A program made the position numbers and the translations under genes. A DNA stretch of 43,577 nt from a virus (lineage: Duplodnaviria > Caudoviricetes): positions 1 to 43,577 of the IMG/VR virus record IMGVR_UViG_3300048060_000004; one strand, written 5' to 3'. Under the pieces are notes generated by a model that worked only from the letters and a program-made list of their open reading frames with translations, had not been told where the DNA came from and did not search any database. Below, one piece after another: positions 7,434 through 17,241 of this stretch; the stretch's first letter is position 1; the number at the start of each line of letters is the position of its first letter.

Positions 7434-9542
7434 ATGGCAAATGAATTAGTTGAGGGTTTGTCCTATGCGGGTAGCGAACCCGATATGGTTGTCATCCCAG
7501 ATATTTACCAGCAAGATGTGTCTAATCACTCTGGCTTTGCAGATCAATGTCGAGATTCACGCAACCAGCGTGTGAATTGGTGGCCAGGGAAGACGCTAGA
7601 CCAGCGAAAGCATGGAGTCGATGCAAAGCCGTGGCCGAACTCCTCTGACGTAGAGGTTCCCGCATATGATGTTCGTGCGAATACCCTCATTGCGTATGCG
7701 ATGAATGCCATTAGGGATGGCAATATCACAGCATTACCAGTTGGCTCAGATGACCCAGAGCAGTCTGCGTCTACGTCTACCTTTTGCCGATGGATGCTGG
7801 ACACATGGATTCCACGGGCGTATGACCATATCGAACTTTCCCTGAATAACATGGGCGAGAAGGGGTTTGCAGCCACATGGGTTGGGTGGGAGGAGCAGCC
7901 AAGAGAACACCTAGAGAAGACCAGTCTTGAGCTGATTGCCGCTCAGGATATGGAACGTGCCGAACTTTTTGCCGATCCTGATCGTGTGGACGAGGCAATT
8001 GCTACGCTCCAAAACGAGTATGATTTTGTAGACGAGAAAAAGGCAAAGAAAGCACTGAAGCAGTTGCGGGAGACTGGAGAAGCTGACATTCCAGTTGTCA
8101 AGAATGACATCAATCGTCCAGTAATTGAGGCAAAATGCCCACGCGCTGACATTATCTTTCCGTCATGGACAATGAATGTCGAGGACGTGTCTCGCGTTCA
8201 CATTCGCCATTTCATGGATATTCAAGGGTTGCGGTCTGCGCAGTTTGCTGAAGGCTGGAATAAGCAATGGGTCGATGAAGTCGAGGACAAACACATGGGA
8301 GTCACGCAAGGTGACATTGAAGGTCAATACGGCAATCGGAACCCATACTTCGCAAATCAGACCGCAACTCTATTCAATGCTGGAAACCGCAACGCGGAGG
8401 AGCTAGTTGAGGTAGTTCGCACCATTCAGCGCCTAGTTGATAAAAAGACTGGTGCTATTGGGTATTACCACACGGTTTGGTGCCCTAAGCAGATGCAGGC
8501 TACCAATAAGCGCAAGACATCTAAGGTTCAGTATGGCACATTTGAGCTACTGAATGGATGGGACGAGCTGCCGATTGCGCTCACGACGCTTTCGCGGGAT
8601 TCAAAGAACATCTACGACCAGCGCACATGGGGCGACCTAATGCGCGGAAATCAGGCTCAGGCTAAGATTGCACGCGATTCTTGGAATGACCAGCAGAGCA
8701 TTCACTCAAATCCACCACGTATGCACCCAGCAGGACGCCCCGCAAGCATGTGGGGGGCGGGAGCTACATTTGCTGCTCGACGCGGCGAGGAGGGTCTGTA
8801 TCGCACGCTGGATGTCCCTGACACGCTTCGGACTGGTGTAGAGCGCGAAACGTTCTTGGCTGAAGAAGCTGACGCAATTATGGGGCTTTCTGAGGATTCA
8901 CAGAACTCTATTGCTCGACGACAGGAGTTTGTGAACCGCGCACTTGACCACGTGGCTGAGATTGTTCGACTGGCATATAAGGCCTTCCAGAAGTTCTACG
9001 ATGGTCCTGATCTATATTTCAGAGTTACTGGAGTCCCAGACCCGCAGGTATTTAATAACACCTATTTCCAAGAAGAACTGGACGTGAAGATGGTTTATGA
9101 CGTGCGCCTAGGAGACAAGGACTACGTCAAGGAGAAGACCGAGCTGCTGCTGCAACTGGCAAATGCTGATACCAACGGAACATTTGACCGCGATCAGGTG
9201 CTACAGGTGGCTGCATATTTGAACATTCCTCAGTTTGCTGGTCGTATCCTTAGACCAAAACAGGAAGCTGAAGCAGACATTGTTAAAAACGTAGCTGACG
9301 ATCTGACGCTGATTTGGGCTGGAAACACGGTCAATGCACGACCAACTGGAGCAAATGTAGCACTTAACTACATTCAAGGATACGTTCAGCAAGAGAGTAT
9401 CATTCGACGCACACAGGAGGATCAGAACTACAGTGCCGCACTGAATGCCTATATTCAGCAATATCAAATGCAGATTCAACAGCAGCAAAATGCCGTAACT
9501 GGGCGACTTGGCGCACCGCAACAAGATATTAACAATGTCTAA
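7434..9542 (+). CDS. Portal protein
   Basis: 702 aa after terL; KPWPNSSD motif; Gln-rich C-terminus as in podovirus portals. Confidence 0.8.
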   Translation: MANELVEGLSYAGSEPDMVVIPDIYQQDVSNHSGFADQCRDSRNQRVNWWPGKTLDQRKHGVDAKPWPNSSDVEVPAYDVRANTLIAYAMNAIRDGNITALPVGSDDPEQSASTSTFCRWMLDTWIPRAYDHIELSLNNMGEKGFAATWVGWEEQPREHLEKTSLELIAAQDMERAELFADPDRVDEAIATLQNEYDFVDEKKAKKALKQLRETGEADIPVVKNDINRPVIEAKCPRADIIFPSWTMNVEDVSRVHIRHFMDIQGLRSAQFAEGWNKQWVDEVEDKHMGVTQGDIEGQYGNRNPYFANQTATLFNAGNRNAEELVEVVRTIQRLVDKKTGAIGYYHTVWCPKQMQATNKRKTSKVQYGTFELLNGWDELPIALTTLSRDSKNIYDQRTWGDLMRGNQAQAKIARDSWNDQQSIHSNPPRMHPAGRPASMWGAGATFAARRGEEGLYRTLDVPDTLRTGVERETFLAEEADAIMGLSEDSQNSIARRQEFVNRALDHVAEIVRLAYKAFQKFYDGPDLYFRVTGVPDPQVFNNTYFQEELDVKMVYDVRLGDKDYVKEKTELLLQLANADTNGTFDRDQVLQVAAYLNIPQFAGRILRPKQEAEADIVKNVADDLTLIWAGNTVNARPTGANVALNYIQGYVQQESIIRRTQEDQNYSAALNAYIQQYQMQIQQQQNAVTGRLGAPQQDINNV

Positions 9543-9771
9543 TCAAATATCCTACGACGATGCGCTGAAGTTCTTTCAGTCGCATGAACTCTACTGGGAG
9601 GCACTGCTGAATGGGTTGGAGGCAAAGCGTGAGTCCTACATTGCAGACCTGAAGCGTAACGCGGAGACACCCACATGCGATGAGCGAGCCGATTCCAAGG
9701 CAATTGGGGGTATGCTGGCAGTAGATGACCTTATATACGACTTCAAATTGCCCATTGAGACTGACGAATAA
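9535..9771 (+). CDS. Hypothetical protein between portal and scaffold
   Basis: Overlaps portal stop; typical position. Confidence 0.7.
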   Translation: MSNQISYDDALKFFQSHELYWEALLNGLEAKRESYIADLKRNAETPTCDERADSKAIGGMLAVDDLIYDFKLPIETDE

Positions 9772-9778
9772 GGCCAAG

Positions 9779-9798
9779 GGCAACGCAAGCCGTATAAT
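9779..9798 (+). promoter_or_regulatory. Candidate late promoter 2
   Basis: Second exact copy of the 20-mer, intergenic before scaffold. Confidence 0.75.
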
Positions 9799-9836
9799 GT
9801 ATTTATCGTATCACCAAACGTTATTGGTTGTAAATT

Positions 9837-10901
9837 ATGACAGACGCAAATCAAGGGGATATCTCCGATGCCCCTCAAATCTTATCGGATGACGGTTCTG
9901 TATCTGAAGCAGGCTTATTGCAGGCTTTAGCACAAGAGAATCCCTTCGCGGAAAAACAACAGCCTGAATCGGTAGAATCCGAGGAAGCCGAAACTACAGA
10001 GGAAGTTGAAGAACCAGAAGTGGTTAATGAGACGGAATCTCAAGAGGAGGAGTCCGAAGAATCCAATGAGGAAGTGCAAGAGGAAACCGCAGAGGAAGAT
10101 GGAGATGTTCTTTCTCAGATTGACGTAGACGATCTTTCCATTGAGGACAAGATTGAACTAGCAAAACTAATTGGATCGGATGTTGGGCAAGACAATGCCA
10201 AGGTTCGCCGCGAAAACGCCATGCTCAAAAAGGAATTGGAGAGCTATAAGGCGCAGATCGAGGATGGCCTGAGCGAGTTGAGCGCAATCCCGCAGGAGTT
10301 CAAGGGGCTTAATAGCACCGATACTCTTGATGAGAAATCCAAGGAATGGCGTAACTACAAAGACCAGATTGATGACATGCTCGTTAAAACCGACGAGGAG
10401 TTTGAAATCAATGGTGATTGGGTGAAGCGCGAAACCTTGGCTCAGTGGGGCAAGCATTACGGTAAACTACTTCAGGGTGTTCCAGAGTATCGACAAAAAC
10501 TCAAGGATGCTCAAGGATTTTCAGAATCCAAGGTCGTTGAAAAGTTGAAGGCTGATTTGCCTGATGTTGAAAACGAGGACTCTGAGTTCTACAAGAAGTG
10601 GCGTGACATTGTGGATGATCCGCAAATGAAGCTGGTTAAGCACATTGCACCTAAGCAATTTGCTAAGGTTCTTGAATTGGCTGCTCACTCGGTAGCCTTT
10701 AAGGATACACCAAAGTCTACGAAAAAGCTTAAACTGCCACTCAAGAAGCCAAAGAATATTGGCACTCGCTCAAACGCTGCAAAGCAAGTGAGTTCAAATA
10801 AGCCAAATAAGGCCAAGCAGGAGGCAAGAGAGCGTATTCAATCTGGAAATTACACAGAGAATGATTTGGCGCTGACGATGTTCGGATCACAAATCCGATA
10901 A
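9837..10901 (+). CDS. Capsid scaffolding protein
   Basis: Acidic low-complexity N-terminus, coiled coil, basic C-terminus, directly before capsid. Confidence 0.75.
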   Translation: MTDANQGDISDAPQILSDDGSVSEAGLLQALAQENPFAEKQQPESVESEEAETTEEVEEPEVVNETESQEEESEESNEEVQEETAEEDGDVLSQIDVDDLSIEDKIELAKLIGSDVGQDNAKVRRENAMLKKELESYKAQIEDGLSELSAIPQEFKGLNSTDTLDEKSKEWRNYKDQIDDMLVKTDEEFEINGDWVKRETLAQWGKHYGKLLQGVPEYRQKLKDAQGFSESKVVEKLKADLPDVENEDSEFYKKWRDIVDDPQMKLVKHIAPKQFAKVLELAAHSVAFKDTPKSTKKLKLPLKKPKNIGTRSNAAKQVSSNKPNKAKQEARERIQSGNYTENDLALTMFGSQIR

Positions 10902-10932
10902 ACCGATAACAAAATCTTAATTATTACGAAAA

Positions 10933-11910
10933 ATGTCTGGAGCAAATGCATATGATACTACCAATCCTGGTAGTGCAGTATCTAATCGCGAAGACCTCGA
11001 ACAGGGCGTATATCTGATTGATCCAGATAGCTCCCCAATGTGGTCGGCGCTTAACAAGGAACAGTGCGACAACGCGCAAGTAGAGTGGTCAGTGGACAAG
11101 TATGATCCAGTTGATACTACCCAAATTGCGGAAGGTGAAGACGCTGTTGCCTTTGATAACGAATACGAGCAACTTGAGCGCGTATTTAACTATATTGGTA
11201 TTACTCAGAAGAAATTCTTGGTAACTGACGTTCAGGAGATGTCTGATTCTGCTGCTGGCGCAAACTACGCTGGTTCCGCTATGAAGGCACTCAAGGAGTT
11301 GAATCGCAACTCTGAGGCAATTACACTTGGTCAGCAAGTTCGCGGCATTAGTGGCGCGACTCGCACAGCAGAAGGTGTTGCCGCACAGCTCAGTTCCAAT
11401 ACTAACATCTTCTCCGATGAGTATAAGATTCCAACCGCACAAGAGGTCACGAATACCGCACCAACTGAAAGTGCTGTTGATGATGTCCTTCAGTCGATTA
11501 GTGACGAAAGCGGTAAGCTGAAGCGTATGCGCGTATTTGCTGGCAGCTCTTGGCTGAAGGCTTTTGCTGCGAATACAATGCGCCTCACAAGCACAACTGA
11601 CAACTTCCGCACCCGGGTTAATATCAACGGCCAAGAGGGAACAATCGTCAATAAGATTCGCATCTACGAAGGCCAGCACGGGTCTATCGAGGTTCAAGAC
11701 CTAAACACCGAAACTCTATATGACAAGGTAGACAAGGACATGGCCTATTTCATGGACTTGGAATATGCCTCAATCAAGGAGATGGGTGGACTTGTTCAAA
11801 AGGAACTTCCCGACCTTGGTGGTGGTCGTCGCGCTGTATTCAAGCGTTACTTCGCACCAGCCATCAAAAACCCAAAGGCACACGCCTACTGGGATGGTAT
11901 CACTGCTTAA
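10933..11910 (+). CDS. Major capsid protein (DUF5309/SU10-like)
   Basis: NREDL...IDP..SP, EW..D, EG.DA, R..NY..I..K...V pattern; 325 aa. Confidence 0.85.
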   Translation: MSGANAYDTTNPGSAVSNREDLEQGVYLIDPDSSPMWSALNKEQCDNAQVEWSVDKYDPVDTTQIAEGEDAVAFDNEYEQLERVFNYIGITQKKFLVTDVQEMSDSAAGANYAGSAMKALKELNRNSEAITLGQQVRGISGATRTAEGVAAQLSSNTNIFSDEYKIPTAQEVTNTAPTESAVDDVLQSISDESGKLKRMRVFAGSSWLKAFAANTMRLTSTTDNFRTRVNINGQEGTIVNKIRIYEGQHGSIEVQDLNTETLYDKVDKDMAYFMDLEYASIKEMGGLVQKELPDLGGGRRAVFKRYFAPAIKNPKAHAYWDGITA

Positions 11911-11935
11911 CACTTAATATAGGAGATAAATCATT

Positions 11936-12406
11936 ATGGCTGATATTAGCGTAGCAAAAAGCACTGGCCCAGATAGCATCAATGAGAGCGTGTTTCTAAA
12001 ATACGAACTCAAGGTTTCTTATGTGGACCTTATCAATGGTGGCACTTATGCCGACGACGACACCGCAACACTTGAACTCCCAGCCAAGGCTGGTCAGGTT
12101 GTTACTGGTGTTGGTGTCCAAGTTGTCGAATCCTTCGATGACAGTGGCGCGGGTGCAACCCTAACTCTTGACGTAGGTGATGGTTCCGACCTAGACGGTT
12201 TCATTGATGCGGCTGAGATTCACGCAGACGGCACACCAGTGACCTATGCGTATAATACTGGCGATCTTGTAGACGGAACAACTTCAGATCAAAAGGTATT
12301 TGTTACAGACGGAGATGTAAACTTGACATTTACCCCAACATCCTACAATCTGGGTGAACTGACTCAGGGTGAGGTTATTGTTACCGTTTACTCTGTAACC
12401 ATCTAA
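11936..12406 (+). CDS. Probable capsid decoration protein
   Basis: Beta-rich, TLTLDVGD..D.DGF motif, strong AGGAG RBS, follows capsid. Confidence 0.6.
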   Translation: MADISVAKSTGPDSINESVFLKYELKVSYVDLINGGTYADDDTATLELPAKAGQVVTGVGVQVVESFDDSGAGATLTLDVGDGSDLDGFIDAAEIHADGTPVTYAYNTGDLVDGTTSDQKVFVTDGDVNLTFTPTSYNLGELTQGEVIVTVYSVTI

Positions 12407-12413
12407 TTCAACT

Positions 12414-12443
12414 GGGTTGGGGGCTTCGGCCCCCGCCCTTTTT
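12414..12443 (+). terminator. Rho-independent terminator
   Basis: GGGGGC-TTCG-GCCCCC stem plus T tract. Confidence 0.85.
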
Positions 12444-12447
12444 ATTT

Positions 12448-12765
12448 ATGCTTGATCTAATCGAAGGGGTAAAGGACGAGGATGCTTTCAATGAGGGTGT
12501 CCAAATGTGGTATAACGGCGAGTTCCAAAAGGTCATGCACTTTCTTGAGGATGAGCTTCGAGAGTGCGCAAAAGACGCATGGGACTTGAACGAAATGAAT
12601 AATGGCGATAAGCAGCTCTTATGCTCTGTCCCTGTCAAGCTTTACAACATTGTTTCTGCGCAATACGGTCCCGATGCGTGGAAGGACAAAGACTTCATTG
12701 AGTGCTATCAGCGATACATGAAGCAAACATTTTTGGCAAAACCATCTAGCGAATTTGGTAAATGA
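12448..12765 (+). CDS. Hypothetical morphogenesis protein
   Basis: ORF coupled by ATGA to next gene. Confidence 0.7.
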   Translation: MLDLIEGVKDEDAFNEGVQMWYNGEFQKVMHFLEDELRECAKDAWDLNEMNNGDKQLLCSVPVKLYNIVSAQYGPDAWKDKDFIECYQRYMKQTFLAKPSSEFGK

Positions 12766-13712
12766 GTTTAACAACGCAGCCATATTCTGATTTACTTGCA
12801 GAGGTTGAGGCAATCTCTGGGCAGACTCTAACTGGAACGGAAGTGAACAGGGTTGGAAGATTGCTTAATCTTGCCGCGCGTCGGGCATACCGCGAATCTG
12901 TATGGTGGGAGCGGTATTTGGTCGTGAGCCAACCACGAGCCGTTGAGCGAGGAGAAATAAAAACATCGGAAGATAGCTATCAGGTATATGGCGCAGGAAC
13001 TAGCGAGGTTAATGGGCTGTATGTTCGCAACGGCGACCTTAATGGCTACCCCAAATATACACTCTACAAGGACGACGAGGCACAGTATTCTCTGGCAGTC
13101 AATCTTCCGCTAGCAATAGCAACTTGGACAATTTACCCTGGCGATGGATCGGCTGGTCTTGAGCTATACGTCAATGTTGTAGATACTGATGTTACTGCCA
13201 TACCGCCAAAGACAGGGTGGGAAGTTGGCTCATCTTTTTTATTTCCCCCAATACCAAACGCCGATGAGCCAGCGCCAATAGTTACGGGTCTTGACGACAT
13301 CGACACCTGTATGATGGTAAACCGCGAAGACATTTTAGAATGTCGCGGATACTACCCGATCCAATTTCATGTCTCAGGTAGAGGAATCGTCATCAATAAC
13401 AGCCAAAAGGTAGACAGTGACGTTGCCTATGTGACCTACAAGAAAACCCTCTCGGATGAATATGGCGATGGAACTGGTGGAACAGTATCTGATGTTCCGT
13501 CAGAATGGTTCAACTATATGGCGCTTTATGCTGCGAGACAGTTGCAAATCAGCCAGCGACAAGGAAACAGCTCACCATACGCAGTAATTGCCTCAAGGGA
13601 GGTAGACGAAGCCCTTCAGGACGAGCTAATGAAACTTGAGGAGCAAAATATTTCAAACGGAATCGCTAAGCGAATCCAAACTCACATGCAATATAATACC
13701 CAACTTCAATAA
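12762..13712 (+). CDS. Probable head-tail adaptor / tail tubular protein with inserted domain
   Basis: Helical N- and C-termini (LLNLAARRAY..WW; VPSEWFNYMALYAA), position. Confidence 0.55.
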   Translation: MSLTTQPYSDLLAEVEAISGQTLTGTEVNRVGRLLNLAARRAYRESVWWERYLVVSQPRAVERGEIKTSEDSYQVYGAGTSEVNGLYVRNGDLNGYPKYTLYKDDEAQYSLAVNLPLAIATWTIYPGDGSAGLELYVNVVDTDVTAIPPKTGWEVGSSFLFPPIPNADEPAPIVTGLDDIDTCMMVNREDILECRGYYPIQFHVSGRGIVINNSQKVDSDVAYVTYKKTLSDEYGDGTGGTVSDVPSEWFNYMALYAARQLQISQRQGNSSPYAVIASREVDEALQDELMKLEEQNISNGIAKRIQTHMQYNTQLQ

Positions 13713-13714
13713 TT

Positions 13715-13978
13715 ATGGGAACACGACGAAACGATACACTAGAGCAAGGTTCCAATGGTGGACGCATCTTAAACGTTGGTGAGGGTGCATTAACTGACGT
13801 TAACTATGGCGGTCTTCTGGTTGTTGAAGCTGCCGTTTTAACATCATGGACATGTAACCTTGACAACTCCGCAGACCTAGTGGGGGTTACGCTTCCTGCT
13901 GGAATCTACATTCCTGCACAAATTAGTGCAATCAATGTAGCAAGCGGAACAATGGTAGCATACAACGACTACGAATAA
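13715..13978 (+). CDS. Small virion protein
   Basis: Beta-rich ORF in structural operon. Confidence 0.6.
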   Translation: MGTRRNDTLEQGSNGGRILNVGEGALTDVNYGGLLVVEAAVLTSWTCNLDNSADLVGVTLPAGIYIPAQISAINVASGTMVAYNDYE

Positions 13979-15591
13979 TGCCCTGCTTCGGTTTAGGACT
14001 TGGAACCCAAATACCAAGACGGGTTCTTTTTTCGGGACTTCTTGACGAGTTCCCAGGCGCAGCAGCAGCCTATAGCCCCTTGGCACTGTCAAAGGATTAT
14101 GTTTCTGACTTGCCGACTGTTTATGTTCAACGTGATAGTGATGACGCTTTTTCCAACTTCACTCAGCAGGAAATAATAAACGGTGACTTGCTCGCATGGG
14201 CGCAGGGAGGTTCGGTTTATGTTCATACATATTACGATCAGTCGGGGAGTGGTAACAATTTGACGCAAGCGACAAGATCGGCGCAGCATCGAATTGTAAA
14301 AGATGGGGTGTTAATAACACAGCAAGAAGCTGTTGCATGCTTAAATGGAGGCACGACTTACTACGACTTCGATTCTGCCGTATCACTGACTGGTGATTTC
14401 TCCATTTTTTCTGTTGTCGAATATGGCATTGGAGGAAACGGAGTATTGCTCGGGGACACTACATCCAATAACCCAAGGTTGAGGGCAGTTGATACCGCTT
14501 CAGAGTGGGAAATTTTAAACGGAACGGGAGAAGTAAATATAAGCTCAGGTTGGACAGGTGAGCGTCAACGGTTTGCGCATATACGAAACTCATCAAACGT
14601 GAATCAAGCGTATAAGTTTGGAAGCTCCATCGGGTCGAAATCACTAAGTGGAACCTTTACGTTCACTCGCGCTTTTTCAAGGAACAGCGGCATTGATTCG
14701 ATTGATGGTAAAATCCAAGCGTTGATTATTTATCCGTCAGATCAAACCGCGAACCTTGATGGCATTGATTCTGCGCTAGATAAGCTACTACAAAAGCCAA
14801 AAGAGATTTATGTGATGCTTGGTCAGTCGAATATGGTTGGCAGGGCAGTTGACGGAACTAACCTAACCAGCCGTTCCGCCGATGGGCATTTGCAGGAGCG
14901 GAGAAACTTGGGTGGGGTCAATGAGTTTTATGGCAGATTTATCGACTATTATCCATCAGGATCGGTCACTGGCTTTGGTCCCAATGTGGGCATGGCTCGA
15001 CAACTATATGTAGACGGGAATAGAAACATAAACATAATCAGATATGCTATCGGCGGAGCTAGCATTGCCTCTTTCTTGGATGAACCAAGGCGATTGCTTG
15101 ACCCACAAAACGATCTCCCTCCTGGCGATACGGATCAATGGGACTCTATGGTGTTGTATCTGAACAATGCAATTGCTACCACACTAAGGGACTCTGGTTC
15201 TCCATACACTATTAAATTTGTATGGTATCAGGGCGCTGAAGATGCGAACTACACTGGCTCCGAGGGGGGCTACACTCAAGACTTGTCTGGAATGTATGAG
15301 ACTCACCTAACTAGGCTAATTGAGGACTTAAGGGCAAATATCAATTTAGCCAGTTCGTCAACTCCGTGGGTCATTATTCGCTCCCCGGATTGGGGGGCTG
15401 GCCCAGGCAGCGCAAAGCCGGGTCAAACCGAGGTTCGCGCAGCTCAAGTTTCCGTCGCAGATGCAGACGGCAATGCTCAATGGCTAACATCAGACATTAA
15501 CCAGGGCGTGACTACTACATGGGAGGACGCCTCCCATATTGACGCAGCATCACAGGAACGACTAGGCATTGATTTAGCAGCAATAATCTAA
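13978..15591 (+). CDS. Virion-associated lectin-like plus SGNH/SASA carbohydrate esterase
   Basis: GQSNM, GG.SI, WYQG, DASH motifs; N-terminal AAAAYS...DQSGSGN lectin-like region. Confidence 0.8.
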   Translation: MPCFGLGLGTQIPRRVLFSGLLDEFPGAAAAYSPLALSKDYVSDLPTVYVQRDSDDAFSNFTQQEIINGDLLAWAQGGSVYVHTYYDQSGSGNNLTQATRSAQHRIVKDGVLITQQEAVACLNGGTTYYDFDSAVSLTGDFSIFSVVEYGIGGNGVLLGDTTSNNPRLRAVDTASEWEILNGTGEVNISSGWTGERQRFAHIRNSSNVNQAYKFGSSIGSKSLSGTFTFTRAFSRNSGIDSIDGKIQALIIYPSDQTANLDGIDSALDKLLQKPKEIYVMLGQSNMVGRAVDGTNLTSRSADGHLQERRNLGGVNEFYGRFIDYYPSGSVTGFGPNVGMARQLYVDGNRNINIIRYAIGGASIASFLDEPRRLLDPQNDLPPGDTDQWDSMVLYLNNAIATTLRDSGSPYTIKFVWYQGAEDANYTGSEGGYTQDLSGMYETHLTRLIEDLRANINLASSSTPWVIIRSPDWGAGPGSAKPGQTEVRAAQVSVADADGNAQWLTSDINQGVTTTWEDASHIDAASQERLGIDLAAII

Positions 15592-15610
15592 TCCCAACAG
15601 AGGAAATCTA

Positions 15611-15736
15611 ATGGCATACACAAACGGCAGATGCAGCATGAAGCGTAAACTCACAAAGAAACCCACAAAGAAGCTGGCAAAGAAGCCAATGGGCAAACTG
15701 GTTCGCAAGCCAAAGAAATCACTACGGAGGAAATAA
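15611..15736 (+). CDS. 41-aa highly basic peptide
   Basis: GAGG RBS, 18 K/R and no D/E, TAATG coupling to next gene; below ORF-track cutoff. Confidence 0.65.
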   Translation: MAYTNGRCSMKRKLTKKPTKKLAKKPMGKLVRKPKKSLRRK

Positions 15737-16011
15737 TGGCCGAAAAGACACTCAAGGAGCATTTAACGCTTTCCATCTCCATTATCCTTGTTGGTGGACT
15801 CTGCCTTGGGTGGGTTGGGGGTCGGGCAATCGACTACACATTCAAGGATGTTCGAGACAATACTATGTTTCGCGTATCGCAAACAGAAGAGAATAAGCAC
15901 CTGAACGAGGAAATCGAAGAACTTAAAGAGGCACTGTCAGTGCTTCCTAAAATGTCGGAAACTCTGGTGCGTATTGATGAGAGAATAAGGAATTGGGAGC
16001 CATCGGAATGA
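15736..16011 (+). CDS. Single-TM coiled-coil protein (i-spanin or holin-like)
   Basis: N-terminal hydrophobic helix followed by heptad region. Confidence 0.5.
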   Translation: MAEKTLKEHLTLSISIILVGGLCLGWVGGRAIDYTFKDVRDNTMFRVSQTEENKHLNEEIEELKEALSVLPKMSETLVRIDERIRNWEPSE

Positions 16012-16196
16012 AATGGATCGCGGCTATCACACTTATCGCCTTCTCAAGCTTGTCTGGGGGTTGCAAGAGTGTCAGAGAGCCAGACGTGACAGCGACGGTT
16101 CGGCTGTGGAGGACACAGGAAGGGATAGTGACACTGACAACAGTGGACGGAGTAACATACAAGACAACAATGGACGTGAAAGGACTATATGAGTAG
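16008..16196 (+). CDS. Small lipoprotein (o-spanin-like)
   Basis: MKWIAAITLIAFSSLSGGC signal with lipobox-like Cys; ATGA overlap. Confidence 0.5.
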   Translation: MKWIAAITLIAFSSLSGGCKSVREPDVTATVRLWRTQEGIVTLTTVDGVTYKTTMDVKGLYE

Positions 16197-16365
16197 CACG
16201 AAATTCTTATGTATCACAGCCTTGGTTCTTTCGTTGGTATTCGGAGGGATCGTCGCGGGCTTCCTAATTAGCGGGAGCCAAGTCAAGTTCAACGGAGAAA
16301 TCCACATCGGTAAGCCGACCCCAATCTTTCAGATATTTCAAGTGCGCGAAAAGCCAGAAGCATGA
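16189..16365 (+). CDS. Small membrane protein
   Basis: 58 aa, FLCITALVLSLVFGGIVAGFLI TM segment, overlaps both neighbours. Confidence 0.55.
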   Translation: MSSTKFLCITALVLSLVFGGIVAGFLISGSQVKFNGEIHIGKPTPIFQIFQVREKPEA

Positions 16366-16757
16366 TAGTTAAATCACAGTTTAAGAAATGGAAGTGGAAG
16401 TTCACCAAGGATCAGTATTTCGTCCTTCCTGATTCTTCGATACCTGAGCGCGGAAAGACCTACGCCATTCTCAGCAACTCTGGGAATCCTGTGGTTTCAC
16501 TCCGAAACGGGATGCTGCGAATCCACCGACACTACCACTTCAACGGAGCAGACTACGCACCTGACTTCAAGGGCGGATTGCCGCATTACGCGAAGCACGA
16601 CGCAATGTGCCAGTTGGCTGAAAAGTATCCAGAGATTACCCGCGAGATGGCTGACGAGGTGCTAAACCCATCGCACATCACTTTTCCACCGCTTCACCTA
16701 TGGATTTACTACCCAGCGGTTAAGCTTTACTCTAAATTCACAAAAAAGGACAAATAA
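16362..16757 (+). CDS. DUF1353-like protein
   Basis: F.GA....P...HD..C, D..L pattern. Confidence 0.55.
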   Translation: MIVKSQFKKWKWKFTKDQYFVLPDSSIPERGKTYAILSNSGNPVVSLRNGMLRIHRHYHFNGADYAPDFKGGLPHYAKHDAMCQLAEKYPEITREMADEVLNPSHITFPPLHLWIYYPAVKLYSKFTKKDK

Positions 16758-17224
16758 TGATTACTCAAGCCGTAGCAGAAGTAGCAGTAGGCGCAGCAGC
16801 GGGCGGAACCTTCCAGATGATTTCTGAGGTCGTAAAGCTCGGACAGTCCTCGTTGCTGACCATTCGTGACCTTGCAGTGTCCCAGAACGAGCAGGCTCGC
16901 AAGAACCTAGAAACCGTCACCAAGGAGCGCAATGCAGCAGCCAAGCGTTCATCTGCGTGGTTGCGCGGAACTCTGGCTATTATCGCCTTTGTCGCGGCAT
17001 TCATCTTCCCGTTCATCACTGGAATTATCGAGGTTCCAACTGCCATCGTTCAGGAAGGGAAAGGCGGCGGATTGCTCTGGGGATTGATTGAGTTCGGGGG
17101 AAAGATGAAGGTGACTGAGGCGCATGGATTCGTCATGGGTCCTGAGTTCTGGAGCACTGTTCGGGTGATTTCTGGCTTCGTATTCGGAGTTGGTGGTGTA
17201 GCAACTGGACGCAGATTCTTTTAA
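16757..17224 (+). CDS. Holin-like membrane protein
   Basis: Two or more TM segments, basic C-terminus. Confidence 0.5.
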   Translation: MITQAVAEVAVGAAAGGTFQMISEVVKLGQSSLLTIRDLAVSQNEQARKNLETVTKERNAAAKRSSAWLRGTLAIIAFVAAFIFPFITGIIEVPTAIVQEGKGGGLLWGLIEFGGKMKVTEAHGFVMGPEFWSTVRVISGFVFGVGGVATGRRFF

Positions 17225-17241
17225 CGGGAGATAATTTATAG

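Noticed and set aside
11089-11697. Long antisense ORFs in capsid and other structural genes
   Set aside because: No recognisable motifs, unlike the HNH ORF; typical shadow frames
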